Of a DNA stretch of 64,000 nt, positions 29,260 through 39,322 are shown one piece after another. Every line of letters starts with the position of its first letter. The first letter of the stretch is position 1. Source of the DNA: Escherichia coli (lineage in GTDB: Bacteria > Pseudomonadota > Gammaproteobacteria > Enterobacterales > Enterobacteriaceae); the NCBI RefSeq assembly GCF_029227855.1, contig NZ_CP074356.1; one strand, written 5' to 3'. The notes under the pieces were generated by a model, which made no database searches, was not told where the DNA came from, and saw only the letters and a program-made list of their open reading frames with translations. The position numbers and the translations under genes are program-made.

Positions 29260-30767
29260 TGGCAATTCTTGATGATGTGATTGGCGTTTTTTCACCAGGA
29301 TGGAAAGCGGCAAGGCTGCGTTCCCGGGCGGTGATCCAGGCTTATGAGGCCGTAAAAACGACGCGGACACACAAAGCCCGGCGGGAAAACCGAACTGCCG
29401 ACCAGTTAAGCCTCTACGGGGCCGTGTCGTTACGTGAGCAGGCCCGTTACCTTGATAACAACCACGATCTGGTCATTGGTGTATTTGACAAGCTGGAAGA
29501 ACGGGTGGTGGGGAAAAACGGGATTATTGTCGAGCCACATCCGGTATTACGCAATGGGGCCATTGCCCGTGATCTGGCAGCGGAGATACGCACCCGATGG
29601 AGTGAATGGTCTGTCAGTCCGGAAGTTACCGGGCAGTTTACCCGTCCGATGCTGGAACGTCTGATGCTGCGTACCTGGCTGCGCGATGGTGAGGTGTTTG
29701 CCCAGATGGTTTCCGGGCGCATAAACAGCCTGACGCCTTCTGCCGGTGTTCATTTCTGGCTGGAGGCACTCGAGCCAGACTTTATTCCCATGACCAGTGA
29801 TGAGAGCAACAGGCTGAATCAGGGCGTGTTTGTTGATGACTGGGGGCGTCCCGAAAAATATCTGGTGTATAAAAGTCGTCCTGTATCCGGACGGCAGATG
29901 GAAACCAAAGAAGTGGATGCAGAGCGAATGCTGCATCTTAAATTTGTTCGCCGTCTGCACCAGATGCGCGGGACGTCTTTATTGTCCGGTGTGCTGATCC
30001 GCCTCAGTGCCCTGAAAGAATATGAAGATTCTGAGCTGACTGCAGCAAGGATCGCTGCTGCTCTGGGGATGTACATCCGCAAAGGCGACGGACAGAGCTA
30101 TGAAACGGATGGTAATGACAGCAAGGAGAATGAACGCGAGCTTACCATTCAGCCAGGCATTATTTACGACGATCTGAAACCCGGCGAAGAAATCGGAATG
30201 GTGAAGTCGGATCGCCCCAATCCTAACCTTGAAACTTTTCGTAATGGTCAGTTGCGTGCCGTGGCGGCGGGCAGTCGTCTGAGTTTTTCCAGTACAGCGC
30301 GCAACTATAACGGCACTTACAGCGCCCAGCGTCAGGAGCTGGTTGAATCCACTGATGGCTACCTGATCCTGCAGGACTGGTTTATTGGTGCCGTCACCCG
30401 CCCGATGTATCGTGCCTGGCTGAAACAGGCTGTGGCATCCGGTGTTATCAGGCTACCCCGCGATCTTGACCGTTCTTCACTGTATACCGCGGTGTATTCC
30501 GGACCGGTGATGCCGTGGATTGACCCTGTTAAGGAGGCTGAGGCCTGGAAAATTCAGATTCGTGGTGGAGCGGCGACAGAATCAGACTGGGTACGTGCAG
30601 GTGGTCGTAATCCGGATGATGTCAAACGTCGGCGCAAGGCAGAAATTGATGAAAACCGCAAGCTGGATCTGGTATTTGATACCGATCCGGCCAGTGATAA
30701 AGGAGGCAGCAGTGCCGCAACGAAACGACAGGAGCCGCAGCACACCGACGACCAGTCCGAAGAATAA
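29259..30767 (+). CDS. portal protein
   Basis: 502-aa ORF from ATG 29259 in the position and size of a lambda-type portal. Confidence 0.85.
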   Translation: MAILDDVIGVFSPGWKAARLRSRAVIQAYEAVKTTRTHKARRENRTADQLSLYGAVSLREQARYLDNNHDLVIGVFDKLEERVVGKNGIIVEPHPVLRNGAIARDLAAEIRTRWSEWSVSPEVTGQFTRPMLERLMLRTWLRDGEVFAQMVSGRINSLTPSAGVHFWLEALEPDFIPMTSDESNRLNQGVFVDDWGRPEKYLVYKSRPVSGRQMETKEVDAERMLHLKFVRRLHQMRGTSLLSGVLIRLSALKEYEDSELTAARIAAALGMYIRKGDGQSYETDGNDSKENERELTIQPGIIYDDLKPGEEIGMVKSDRPNPNLETFRNGQLRAVAAGSRLSFSSTARNYNGTYSAQRQELVESTDGYLILQDWFIGAVTRPMYRAWLKQAVASGVIRLPRDLDRSSLYTAVYSGPVMPWIDPVKEAEAWKIQIRGGAATESDWVRAGGRNPDDVKRRRKAEIDENRKLDLVFDTDPASDKGGSSAATKRQEPQHTDDQSEE

Positions 30768-30780
30768 TTCCTGGTTCAGG

Positions 30781-32739
30781 ATGCAGGCTGGTCACCAGAG
30801 TGACGCGGATATTTATATTTATGACGAGATTGGTTTCTGGGGTGTTACAGCGAAGCAGTTTATCAGTGATCTGAATGCACTGGGCGATATCACCCACATT
30901 AATCTCCATATCAATTCACCGGGTGGCGATGTCTTTGAAGGCATCGCCATTTTTAATGCGCTGAAAACACATGGTGCGTCCATTACCGTTTATGTCGACG
31001 GTGTGGCGGCGTCAATGGCGTCGGTCATTGCGATGGTGGGAAACCCGGTCATTATGCCGGAAAACACCTTCATGATGATTCATAAACCATTTGGCTTTAC
31101 GGGCGGTGATGCGGAGGACATGCGCACCTATGCCGACCTGCTCGATAAGGTTGAGGCGGTTCTGTTACCCGCTTATGCACAGAAAACCGGGAAAACCACC
31201 GATGAAATTGCTGCCATGCTGGCGGATGAGACCTGGATGTCCGGTGCCGAATGTCTGGCACATGGATTTGCTGATCAGGTGACGCCAGCCGTTAAGGCAA
31301 TGGCATGTATTCAGTCAAAACGTACAGAGGAATTTAAAAAGATGCCGGAATCCATTCGAAACATGATTACTCCGCCACGCAACAGTGCTCCACGCGTACA
31401 GGATGATGAACCTGCAGCCTCCCGGACGCCAGTGCAGGCAGCAGCACCCGTGGTGGATGAAAACAGTATCCGTGCGCAGGTACTGGCAGAGCAAAAAGCG
31501 CGTGTAAACGGTATTAATGATCTGTTTGCCATGTTTGGCGGGCGTTATCAGACGCTGCAGGCTCAGTGTCTTGCCGATCCTGAGTGTTCGCTGGAGCAGG
31601 CCCGCGAAAAGCTGTTGAACGAGATGGGGCGCGAGTCCACGCCATCCAATAAAAATACACCGGCTCATATTTATGCTGGTAACGGTAATTTTGTGGGGGA
31701 CGGGATCCGCCAGGCGCTGATGGCGCGTGCCGGATTTGAAAAAACCGAACGTGATAATGTCTACAACGGGATGACCCTGCGTGAATATGCCCGTATGTCA
31801 CTGACTGAACGGGGTATTGGGGTTTCCGGTTATAACCCGATGCAGATGGTCGGTGCGGCGTTCACCCACAGTACGTCTGACTTCGGTAATATTCTGCTGG
31901 ATGTTGCGAACAAAGCCATTCTGCAGGGCTGGGAAGATGCTCCTGAAACCTATGAACAATGGACGCGGAAAGGTCAGTTGTCTGATTTTAAAATTGCCCA
32001 TCGTGTGGGTATGGGGGGCTTCAGTGCTCTGCGTCAGGTGCGTGAAGGGGCGGAATATAAATACGTCACCACCGGAGATAAACAGGCCACTATTGCACTG
32101 GCGACCTATGGCGAGCTGTTCAGTATCACCCGTCAGGCCATTATCAATGATGATCTGAATATGCTGACCGATGTCCCGATGAAACTGGGCCGTGCGGCGA
32201 AATCCACTATTGCCGATCTGGTTTATGCCATTCTGACGTCTAACCCGAAAATCTCCACAGATAATGTAAGTCTGTTCGATAAAGCGAAACATGCAAACGT
32301 ACTGGAGAGCGCTGCAATGGACGTGGCATCGCTGGATAAAGCCCGCCAGTTGATGCGCGTTCAGAAAGAGGGGGAGCGTCATCTGAATATTCGTCCTGCG
32401 TTCGTACTGGTACCGACGGCGATGGAGTCTGTTGCTAACCAGGTCATTCGCTCCTCAAGTGTCAAGGGGGCTGACATTAACGCCGGTATTATTAACCCGG
32501 TGAAAGATTTTGCGACCGTTATTGCAGAGCCTCGTCTTGATGATAACAGCCAGACCACCTTCTACCTGGCTGCGTCAAAAGGCTCCGATACGATTGAAGT
32601 GGCTTATCTCAACGGTGTGGATACGCCATATATTGATCAGATGGAGGGCTTCAGTGTGGATGGCGTGACAACGAAAGTGCGTATTGACGCCGGTGTCGCG
32701 CCAGTTGATCACCGCGGTCTGGTGAAATGTACGGCGTAA
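30781..32739 (+). CDS. ClpP-like prohead protease fused to major capsid protein
   Basis: N-terminal ClpP-like region (INSPGGDVFEGIAIFNALK, MASVIAMVGN), C-terminal capsid-like region; single ORF of about 652 aa. Confidence 0.8.
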   Translation: MQAGHQSDADIYIYDEIGFWGVTAKQFISDLNALGDITHINLHINSPGGDVFEGIAIFNALKTHGASITVYVDGVAASMASVIAMVGNPVIMPENTFMMIHKPFGFTGGDAEDMRTYADLLDKVEAVLLPAYAQKTGKTTDEIAAMLADETWMSGAECLAHGFADQVTPAVKAMACIQSKRTEEFKKMPESIRNMITPPRNSAPRVQDDEPAASRTPVQAAAPVVDENSIRAQVLAEQKARVNGINDLFAMFGGRYQTLQAQCLADPECSLEQAREKLLNEMGRESTPSNKNTPAHIYAGNGNFVGDGIRQALMARAGFEKTERDNVYNGMTLREYARMSLTERGIGVSGYNPMQMVGAAFTHSTSDFGNILLDVANKAILQGWEDAPETYEQWTRKGQLSDFKIAHRVGMGGFSALRQVREGAEYKYVTTGDKQATIALATYGELFSITRQAIINDDLNMLTDVPMKLGRAAKSTIADLVYAILTSNPKISTDNVSLFDKAKHANVLESAAMDVASLDKARQLMRVQKEGERHLNIRPAFVLVPTAMESVANQVIRSSSVKGADINAGIINPVKDFATVIAEPRLDDNSQTTFYLAASKGSDTIEVAYLNGVDTPYIDQMEGFSVDGVTTKVRIDAGVAPVDHRGLVKCTA

Positions 32740-32825
32740 ACGTCGCAGACAACAACTCTGATGGCCCGTAAGGGCTTTTTTTGTACCTGAAATCAGCCCC
32801 TGAACGGGGCTGTGCGGAGACAGTT

Positions 32826-33149
32826 ATGGCAAAGAATTTTGTAGAAGAAGGAAAAACGGTGGCGATTGTTGCCAGTGCAGCCATCAGCAGCGGAGAGCTG
32901 GTGCAGGTGGGTGATGTTTTTGCGGTGGCGCTGACCGATATTCCACAGGGTGAAACAGGCGACGGCATGACCGAAGGTGTGTTTATGCTGCCTAAGCTGA
33001 AAACGGATGACATGAAAACGGGTAAGAAGGTTTATCTGAAGTCCGGAAAAGTTCAGCTGACTAACAGCGGCTCTGATCCGCTGGTCGGGGTTGTCTGGGC
33101 AGATGCCGGAACCAGTGCAGAAGAAGTGCCGGTAAAACTCAATGTCTGA
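32826..33149 (+). CDS. head-associated protein (decoration/DUF2190-like)
   Basis: 107-aa ORF from ATG 32826 after capsid gene; family not verified. Confidence 0.55.
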   Translation: MAKNFVEEGKTVAIVASAAISSGELVQVGDVFAVALTDIPQGETGDGMTEGVFMLPKLKTDDMKTGKKVYLKSGKVQLTNSGSDPLVGVVWADAGTSAEEVPVKLNV

Positions 33150-33417
33150 TCCCTTTTCCCGGCTGGCAGCGCGTATGGATGCGATCACGGTCAGAAAGAT
33201 GGGAAAGACAGCCTCGATTAATGATGTCGATATGACTGTGATCCCGGGAGAAACACTGGCAGAGCTGAATGCTCTGTCCGGACCTGCGGTCTCTCTGGTG
33301 GTGTTTTCTTCGGGATACCGCCCACGGCGCGGGGATCGCGTTGTTTATGACGGACAACAATGGACGGTCACACGGCATGAACGCTTTAACGGTAAGCCAA
33401 TGATCTTTATTGAGTAA
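33142..33417 (+). CDS. head-tail connector protein (FII-like position)
   Basis: 91-aa ORF overlapping upstream stop, directly preceding gpZ-like gene. Confidence 0.55.
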   Translation: MSDPFSRLAARMDAITVRKMGKTASINDVDMTVIPGETLAELNALSGPAVSLVVFSSGYRPRRGDRVVYDGQQWTVTRHERFNGKPMIFIE

Positions 33418-33428
33418 AGAGGTGTGGG

Positions 33429-34019
33429 ATGAAGGGGCTTGAGAATGCCATCCGCAATCTGAACAGCCTTGATACCCGTATGGTGCCACAGGCCAGCGCA
33501 TGGGCGATAAACCGTGTGGCACAGAAAGCGGTCTCGGTTGCCACCCGGCAGGTTGCCGGGAATACCGTTGCGGGAGATAACCAGGTGAAAGGGATCCCCC
33601 TGAAACTGGTACGTCAGCGTGTCCGGGTGTTTAAAGCCAGTCCGTCAGGAAAAATGACGGCCAGGATCCGCGTTAACCGGGGCAATCTGCCCGCCATCAA
33701 ACTGAACACAACACGGCGGCGTGCTGGTGAAGGACTGAGAGTGGGAAAATACTTTTTCCGGGGGGCATTTGTTCAGCAACTGGCGAATGGCCGCTGGCAT
33801 GTTCTGAGGCGTCTTCCTGAAGCGCGTTTTGCAACAGGGCATGACCATCAGGGCAGGCCAAGAAAAAATCGTCTTCCTGTGGAGGTAGTGAAAATCCCGC
33901 TGTCCGGACCGCTGACACAGGCATTTGAAGATGCCCGCGACCACATCATTGCTGCGGAAATGCCGAAACAGCTGGGGTATGCACTGAAACAACAACTGAG
34001 GTTATGGCTGACCCGATGA
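33429..34019 (+). CDS. tail completion protein (lambda gpZ-like)
   Basis: 196-aa ORF; GAFVQQLANGRWHVLRRL and C-terminal KQLGYALKQQLRLWLTR resemble remembered lambda Z. Confidence 0.8.
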   Translation: MKGLENAIRNLNSLDTRMVPQASAWAINRVAQKAVSVATRQVAGNTVAGDNQVKGIPLKLVRQRVRVFKASPSGKMTARIRVNRGNLPAIKLNTTRRRAGEGLRVGKYFFRGAFVQQLANGRWHVLRRLPEARFATGHDHQGRPRKNRLPVEVVKIPLSGPLTQAFEDARDHIIAAEMPKQLGYALKQQLRLWLTR

Positions 34020-34417
34020 ACCGACATACACAAATCCGCCAGGTCGTACTGGCACGCCTTCGGGAACAGTGTGGAGACAGCGCCACGTTTTTTGACGGGC
34101 TTCCGGCATTTATTGATGCGCAGGAACTGCCTGCCGTGGCGGTGTGGCTGAGTGATGCTCAGTACACCGGAAAAATGACGGATGAAGATGACTGGCAGGC
34201 TGTTCTGCATATTGCCGTCTTCATCCGGGCACAGGCACCGGATTCAGAGCTGGATATGTGGATGGAGAGCACCATTTTCCCGGCCCTGAATGATGTACCG
34301 GCACTTTCCGGACTCATCGACACCCTGAACCCACTCGGTTTTAACTATCAACGTGATAATGAGATGGCCACCTGGGCGATGGCGGAAATCACGTACCAGA
34401 TCACGTACACGAATTAA
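34004..34417 (+). CDS. tail terminator protein (lambda gpU-like)
   Basis: FFDGLPAFIDAQELPAVAVWLSDAQYTG...PDSELDMWMES...ITYQITY closely parallels remembered lambda U. Confidence 0.85.
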   Translation: MADPMNRHTQIRQVVLARLREQCGDSATFFDGLPAFIDAQELPAVAVWLSDAQYTGKMTDEDDWQAVLHIAVFIRAQAPDSELDMWMESTIFPALNDVPALSGLIDTLNPLGFNYQRDNEMATWAMAEITYQITYTN

Positions 34418-34427
34418 GGAGGTGGTA

Positions 34428-35171
34428 ATGACCACACCAAATCCACTGGCAAAGACGAAAGGTGCGGGGACGACGTTCTGGATGTATACCGGCAACGGCG
34501 ATGCGTTTGCGAACCCTTTGTCGGACACTGACTGGCTGCGTCTTGCGATGGTGAAGGATCTGCAACCTGGCGAAATGACCGCTGATGCAGAAGATGACAC
34601 TTATCTCGATGATGAAGATGCAGACTGGAAAACGACAACCCAGGGGCAGAAATCCGTTGGTGATACTTCGGCGACGCTGGCCTGGCGTCCGGGTGACAGC
34701 GGGCAGAAAAAACTGGTTCAGTTGTTCGACTCCGGTGAAGTCTGCGCGTTTCGTATCAAATATCCCAACGGCACTGTTGATGTTTTCCGTGGCTGGCTGA
34801 GCTCACTGGGTAAAACCATTGCCTCAAAAGACGTGATGACCCGCACTGTGAAAATCAGCGGTGTGGGGCGTCCGTATCTGGCAGAGGAAGGCACTGAAAC
34901 CGTGAGCGTTACCGGGCTGACAGTATCACCGGCGTCTGCCAGTGTAAAAGTGGGAGCAACCACCACGCTGACCTTTACAGTAAAACCTGACGGAGCCAGT
35001 GACAAAGCGATCAGTGTGCATTCGTCAGATCCACAGACTGCCACGGTTACCCTGAACGGACTTGTGGCCACGGTAAAAGGCGTGAAGCAGGGCAGTGTCA
35101 GCATTGTGGGCATGACCGCTGACGGGAATTTTGTGGCTGTGGCTGCGGTGACTGTCAGCGCCGCAGGTTAA
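34428..35171 (+). CDS. major tail protein (lambda gpV-like) with C-terminal Ig-like domain
   Basis: ATG 34428 with SD aaggaggtgg; C-terminal Big_2-like region (VTGLTVSPASASVKVGATTTLTFTVKPDGA). Confidence 0.9.
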   Translation: MTTPNPLAKTKGAGTTFWMYTGNGDAFANPLSDTDWLRLAMVKDLQPGEMTADAEDDTYLDDEDADWKTTTQGQKSVGDTSATLAWRPGDSGQKKLVQLFDSGEVCAFRIKYPNGTVDVFRGWLSSLGKTIASKDVMTRTVKISGVGRPYLAEEGTETVSVTGLTVSPASASVKVGATTTLTFTVKPDGASDKAISVHSSDPQTATVTLNGLVATVKGVKQGSVSIVGMTADGNFVAVAAVTVSAAG

Positions 35172-35228
35172 CAGGACGATACTCATCATTTGCCCCGGTT
35201 ATCCGGGGCTTTTTTGCAGGTGGAGAAC

Positions 35229-35618
35229 ATGATGTTTCTGAAACAGGGCACGTTTAATTATGAAAAACAGTCCGTGGTGCTCAGTGAGCTGTCCGGGCTG
35301 CAGAGAATTGAATATCTGGCGTTTGTTCAGCAGCGAACGGCAAAGTTTGATGCCGGTGAGGGAGAACTGCCGGAGGCTGAACGACAGATTGCTTTTCTGC
35401 GGATGGGGATGGATATCAATGCCTGGCTGGTTTCCCGCTCACTGTGGAATGCGGATCAGTCTAAGGATGTAGAGACGCTTTGCGCATCCGTTATTACAAC
35501 ATGGTCGTATGATGCCCTGGGTGCGGGGGCGGAGATGGTTCTGTCGCTGAGCGGTATGGGGGCCATTGATAATGCCGGGGATGATGAGCATGAGGCGCTG
35601 ACGCCGGAAAAGTCCTGA
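35229..35618 (+). CDS. tail assembly chaperone G
   Basis: ORF between major tail and tape measure genes; followed by overlapping -1 frame ORF. Confidence 0.8.
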   Translation: MMFLKQGTFNYEKQSVVLSELSGLQRIEYLAFVQQRTAKFDAGEGELPEAERQIAFLRMGMDINAWLVSRSLWNADQSKDVETLCASVITTWSYDALGAGAEMVLSLSGMGAIDNAGDDEHEALTPEKS

Positions 35619-35626
35619 CGCGGGAA

Positions 35627-35956
35627 ATGCAGTTTGTCATGCGGCTTGCCCGGGAGTTCCGACGGGCAGACTGGCGGCGGATGCTGTCGGAAATGTCGGC
35701 CACTGAGCTTGGTGAGTGGGGCGATTATTTCCGGATGCAGAGCTTCAGTGATGTGTGGATGGATGCGCAGTTTGCCTCGCTGAAGGCATTGATCGTGAGA
35801 ATGGTGTCCGGCAGCAGTGATGCTGCGGTGGCTGATTTCAGCCTTTTACCGGAAGAGAACGGGATACCGGAGCGAACGGACGAAGAACTGATGCATCTTG
35901 GGGAAGGTATTTCCGGAGGTGTGCGTTATGGACCAGATAGCCAACCTGGTCATTGA
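35627..35956 (+). CDS. tail assembly protein T segment (probably expressed as a G-T fusion by -1 frameshift)
   Basis: Open frame in -1 relative to G, overlapping the G stop; A-rich slippery-like ggaaaag at 35606-35612. Confidence 0.6.
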   Translation: MQFVMRLAREFRRADWRRMLSEMSATELGEWGDYFRMQSFSDVWMDAQFASLKALIVRMVSGSSDAAVADFSLLPEENGIPERTDEELMHLGEGISGGVRYGPDSQPGH

Positions 35957-38900
35957 TTTGGGGATTGATGCGGCAGAGTTTAAAAATGAAATCCCCCGTA
36001 TCAAAAACCTTCTGAATGGTGCAGCCAGCGATGCAGAACGGTCTTCTGCCCGTATGCAGCGTTTTATGGAGCGTCAGACTCAGGCCGCCCGGCAGACAAC
36101 GCAGGCGGCGTCTTCGGCTGCAACAGCCGCATCCGTCCATGCGCAGACAGTGGAGAAGAACGCACAGGCTCATGAACGCATGGCCCGCGAGGTGGAGAAA
36201 ACCCGCCAGCGCATGGAGGCGCTGAGCCAGAAAATGCGCGAGGAACAGGCGCAGGCCATGGCTCTGGCGGAGGCTCAGGATAAAGCGGCTGCTGCGTTTT
36301 ATCGTCAGATTGACAGTGTGAAACAGGCCAGTGCGGGGCTGCAGGAATTACAGCGTATTCAGCAGCAGATCCGACAGGCCAGAAACAGTGGCGGGATTGG
36401 TCAGCAGGATTATCTGGCGCTGATTTCTGAGGTTACGGCGAAAACCCGTGTTCTTACACAGGCTGAGGAAGAGGCTACCCGACAGAAAGTGGCGTTTATC
36501 CGTCAGCTTAAAGAGCAGGCAACCCGCCAGAATCTTTCTTCTTCTGAGTTGCTTCGTGCTAAGGCTGCCCAGCTGGGGGTAAGCAGTGCTGCAGAAGTGT
36601 ATATCCGCAAAATGGAGCAGGCAGGAAAAGCCACGCATTCGCTGGGTCTGAAAAGTGCAGCGGCCCGTCAGGAGATAGGCGTTCTGATAGGTGAACTGGC
36701 CCGCGGAAATTTAGGTGCGCTGAGGGGATCCGGAATAACGCTGGCTAACCGTGCCGGGTGGATAGACACATTGATGTCACCGAAAGGCATGATGCTTGGC
36801 GGGGTTATTGGCGGTATTGCCGCGGCTGTCTATGGTCTGGGTAAAGCCTGGTATGACGGTCAGAAGGAGGGGGAAGAATTTAACCGCCAGCTGTCGCTGA
36901 CGGGGCATTATGCCGGAGTCACTGCCGGGCAGCTGTGGACGCTCAGTCGTGCTATTTCCGGGAATGGTATCACGCAACATGCTGCAGCCGGTGCGCTGGC
37001 TCAGGTGGTGGGTAGTGGTGCATTTCGTGGAAACGATATCGGTATGGTGGCGAGAGCTGCCGCACAGATGGAGCGATCGGTTGGCCAGTCGATCAGCGAT
37101 ACCATAAATCAGTTTAAGCGGCTGAAGGATGATCCTGTAAATGCCGCGAAGGCTCTGGACAATGAGCTGCATTTTCTTACTGCCACTCAGCTTGAGCAGA
37201 TACGTGTCCTTGGGGATCAGGGACGGTCCAGTGATGCTGCACGGATAGCCATGTCTGCACTGGCAGAGGAAACCGGTCGGCGTACTGCGGATATTGATAA
37301 TAACCTCAATGCGCTTGGTAGTACGCTGAAGTATCTGTCTGATTTGTGGAGTCGTTTCTGGGATGCGGCCATGAATATTGGTCGTGAAGACTCGCTGGAT
37401 GAACAAATTGCCGCTTTACAGGAGAAAGTGTCGCGGGCGAAAAGACTCCCCTGGACGGCATCATCTTCTCAGGTTGAATACGATCAGCAGCGTCTTAACG
37501 ATCTTCAGGAGAAAAAACGCCAGAAGGATTTGCAGGATGCAAAAGAGCAGGCAGAGCGGAATTATCAGGAGCAACAGAAACGCCGTAATGCTGAAAATGC
37601 TGCACTGAACCGGATGAATGAAACTGAAGCAGCACGGCATCAGCGTGAAATTGCGCGTATTAATGCCATGCAGTACGCCGATCAGGCTGTCAGGGATGCG
37701 GCGATACAACGTGAAAATGAACGTTACGAGAAAGCCCTGGCATCCGGTAAGAAAAAAACACGCGAAACCCGTAATGATGAGGCCACCCGGTTATTGCTGC
37801 AGTACAGTCAGCAACAGGCACAGGTGGAAGGGCAGATTGCTGCTGCAAGACAGTCAGCAGGCATTGCCACTGACAGGATGACAGAAGCGCATAAACAGCT
37901 TCTGGCTCTGCAGCAGCGCATCAGCGACCTGGACGGGAAAAAACTGACGGCAGATGAAAAGAGTGTGCTTGCCCGTAAAGATGAACTGATTCAGGCATTG
38001 ACGCTGCTGGATGTAAAACAGCAGGAGCTTCAGAAACAGACGGCACTCAACGAGCTGAAGAAAAAAACAATTCAGCTGACCAGTCAACTGGCTGAAGAAG
38101 AGCGCGCTCAGCGTCAGCAACATGACCTGGATATCGCCACGGTGGGTATGGGTGATCAGCAGCGGCAGCGATATCAGGTACAACTGAGTCTTCGCCAGAA
38201 ATACCAGCAACAGCTGGAGCAGTTGAGGCGGGATAGTGAGCGGAAAGGGACATATAACACGGATGACTACAGAAAGGCCGAGCAGGCGCTGACGGAGAGC
38301 CTGAACCGACAACTGAGTGAGAATCGCCGTTACTGGCAACAGCTTGAAATTGCTCAGGGTGACTGGAAAAACGGAGTCCTGCGTGCACTCCAGAATGTCA
38401 CTGAGAATGCGGATAACACAGCCGGGACAGTGGAACAGTTGTTCACGTCTGCGTTCAGTAGCATGAGTGACTGGCTGGCGACATTCTGTACTACAGGCAA
38501 ACTCAATTTCAAATCCTTCACCTCTTCTGTGCTGTCAGATATGTCCAGAATCATGGCTCAGATAGCTTTAATGAAAGCGGTAAAAGGCATTGCTTCCGCG
38601 CTGCCTTTTGATTTTGTAGCTAATGCTGATGGCGGTGTTTATCAGTCGGCTGATTTGAGTCGCTACAGTGGCACGGTGGTTAACCGTCCGACGTTTTTTG
38701 CTTTTGCAAAAGGCGCGGGTGTGATGGGGGAAGCTGGGCCTGAAGCCATTCTGCCACTGCGTCGTGGTGCTGACGGTAAGCTGGGGGTTGTGGCGGATAT
38801 TGGTGGTTCAGGTATGGCGATGTTTGCCCCGCAGTACAACATCGAGATCAATAACGATGGCACGAACGGGCAGATAGGTCCGGCTGCCCTGAAGGTGGTT

Positions 38901-38984
38901 TATGACCTTGGGAAAAAAGCGGCAGCGGACTTTATGCAACAGCAGGCCCGTGATGGTGGTCGGTTAAGTGGAGCATATCGGTAA
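35928..38984 (+). CDS. tail tape measure protein (gpH-like)
   Basis: 1018-aa ORF, long helical/coiled region rich in Q/A/R/E, SD ggaggtg. Confidence 0.9.
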   Translation: MDQIANLVIDLGIDAAEFKNEIPRIKNLLNGAASDAERSSARMQRFMERQTQAARQTTQAASSAATAASVHAQTVEKNAQAHERMAREVEKTRQRMEALSQKMREEQAQAMALAEAQDKAAAAFYRQIDSVKQASAGLQELQRIQQQIRQARNSGGIGQQDYLALISEVTAKTRVLTQAEEEATRQKVAFIRQLKEQATRQNLSSSELLRAKAAQLGVSSAAEVYIRKMEQAGKATHSLGLKSAAARQEIGVLIGELARGNLGALRGSGITLANRAGWIDTLMSPKGMMLGGVIGGIAAAVYGLGKAWYDGQKEGEEFNRQLSLTGHYAGVTAGQLWTLSRAISGNGITQHAAAGALAQVVGSGAFRGNDIGMVARAAAQMERSVGQSISDTINQFKRLKDDPVNAAKALDNELHFLTATQLEQIRVLGDQGRSSDAARIAMSALAEETGRRTADIDNNLNALGSTLKYLSDLWSRFWDAAMNIGREDSLDEQIAALQEKVSRAKRLPWTASSSQVEYDQQRLNDLQEKKRQKDLQDAKEQAERNYQEQQKRRNAENAALNRMNETEAARHQREIARINAMQYADQAVRDAAIQRENERYEKALASGKKKTRETRNDEATRLLLQYSQQQAQVEGQIAAARQSAGIATDRMTEAHKQLLALQQRISDLDGKKLTADEKSVLARKDELIQALTLLDVKQQELQKQTALNELKKKTIQLTSQLAEEERAQRQQHDLDIATVGMGDQQRQRYQVQLSLRQKYQQQLEQLRRDSERKGTYNTDDYRKAEQALTESLNRQLSENRRYWQQLEIAQGDWKNGVLRALQNVTENADNTAGTVEQLFTSAFSSMSDWLATFCTTGKLNFKSFTSSVLSDMSRIMAQIALMKAVKGIASALPFDFVANADGGVYQSADLSRYSGTVVNRPTFFAFAKGAGVMGEAGPEAILPLRRGADGKLGVVADIGGSGMAMFAPQYNIEINNDGTNGQIGPAALKVVYDLGKKAAADFMQQQARDGGRLSGAYR

Positions 38985-39313
38985 TGGAGACGTTTCACTG
39001 GAAAGTGCGCCCGGATATGAATGTGGTATCAGAGCCGAAAGTGGTGACAGTGAAGCTGGGCGATGGTTATGAACAGCGTCGTGCGGCGGGACTGAATAAC
39101 CAGTTGTCGACTTACAGCGTGACGATACGTGTTCGTAAATGTGAACACCCATCTTTAAAAGCCTTTCTGGAACGGCACGGTGGCGTCCGCGCATTTCAGT
39201 GGACGCCACCTTATGACTGGAAGCCGATCAGGGTGGTTTGTCGTAAATGGTCGGCAAGCGTGGGGGCGCTGTGGGTAACCATAACGGCAGATTTTGAACA
39301 GGTCGTGGCATAG
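38984..39313 (+). CDS. minor tail protein M
   Basis: 109-aa ORF overlapping tape-measure stop; lambda M position. Confidence 0.85.
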   Translation: METFHWKVRPDMNVVSEPKVVTVKLGDGYEQRRAAGLNNQLSTYSVTIRVRKCEHPSLKAFLERHGGVRAFQWTPPYDWKPIRVVCRKWSASVGALWVTITADFEQVVA

Positions 39314-39322
39314 GAGGCCCTG

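Noticed and set aside
31798-32382. 194-aa minus-strand ORF inside the capsid gene
   Set aside because: Antisense to the protease-capsid ORF; no independent support.
36777-38339. Minus-strand ORFs of 209 and 161 aa inside the tape measure gene
   Set aside because: Antisense to the tape measure gene, low-complexity Leu/Gln/Arg-rich products, no RBS.
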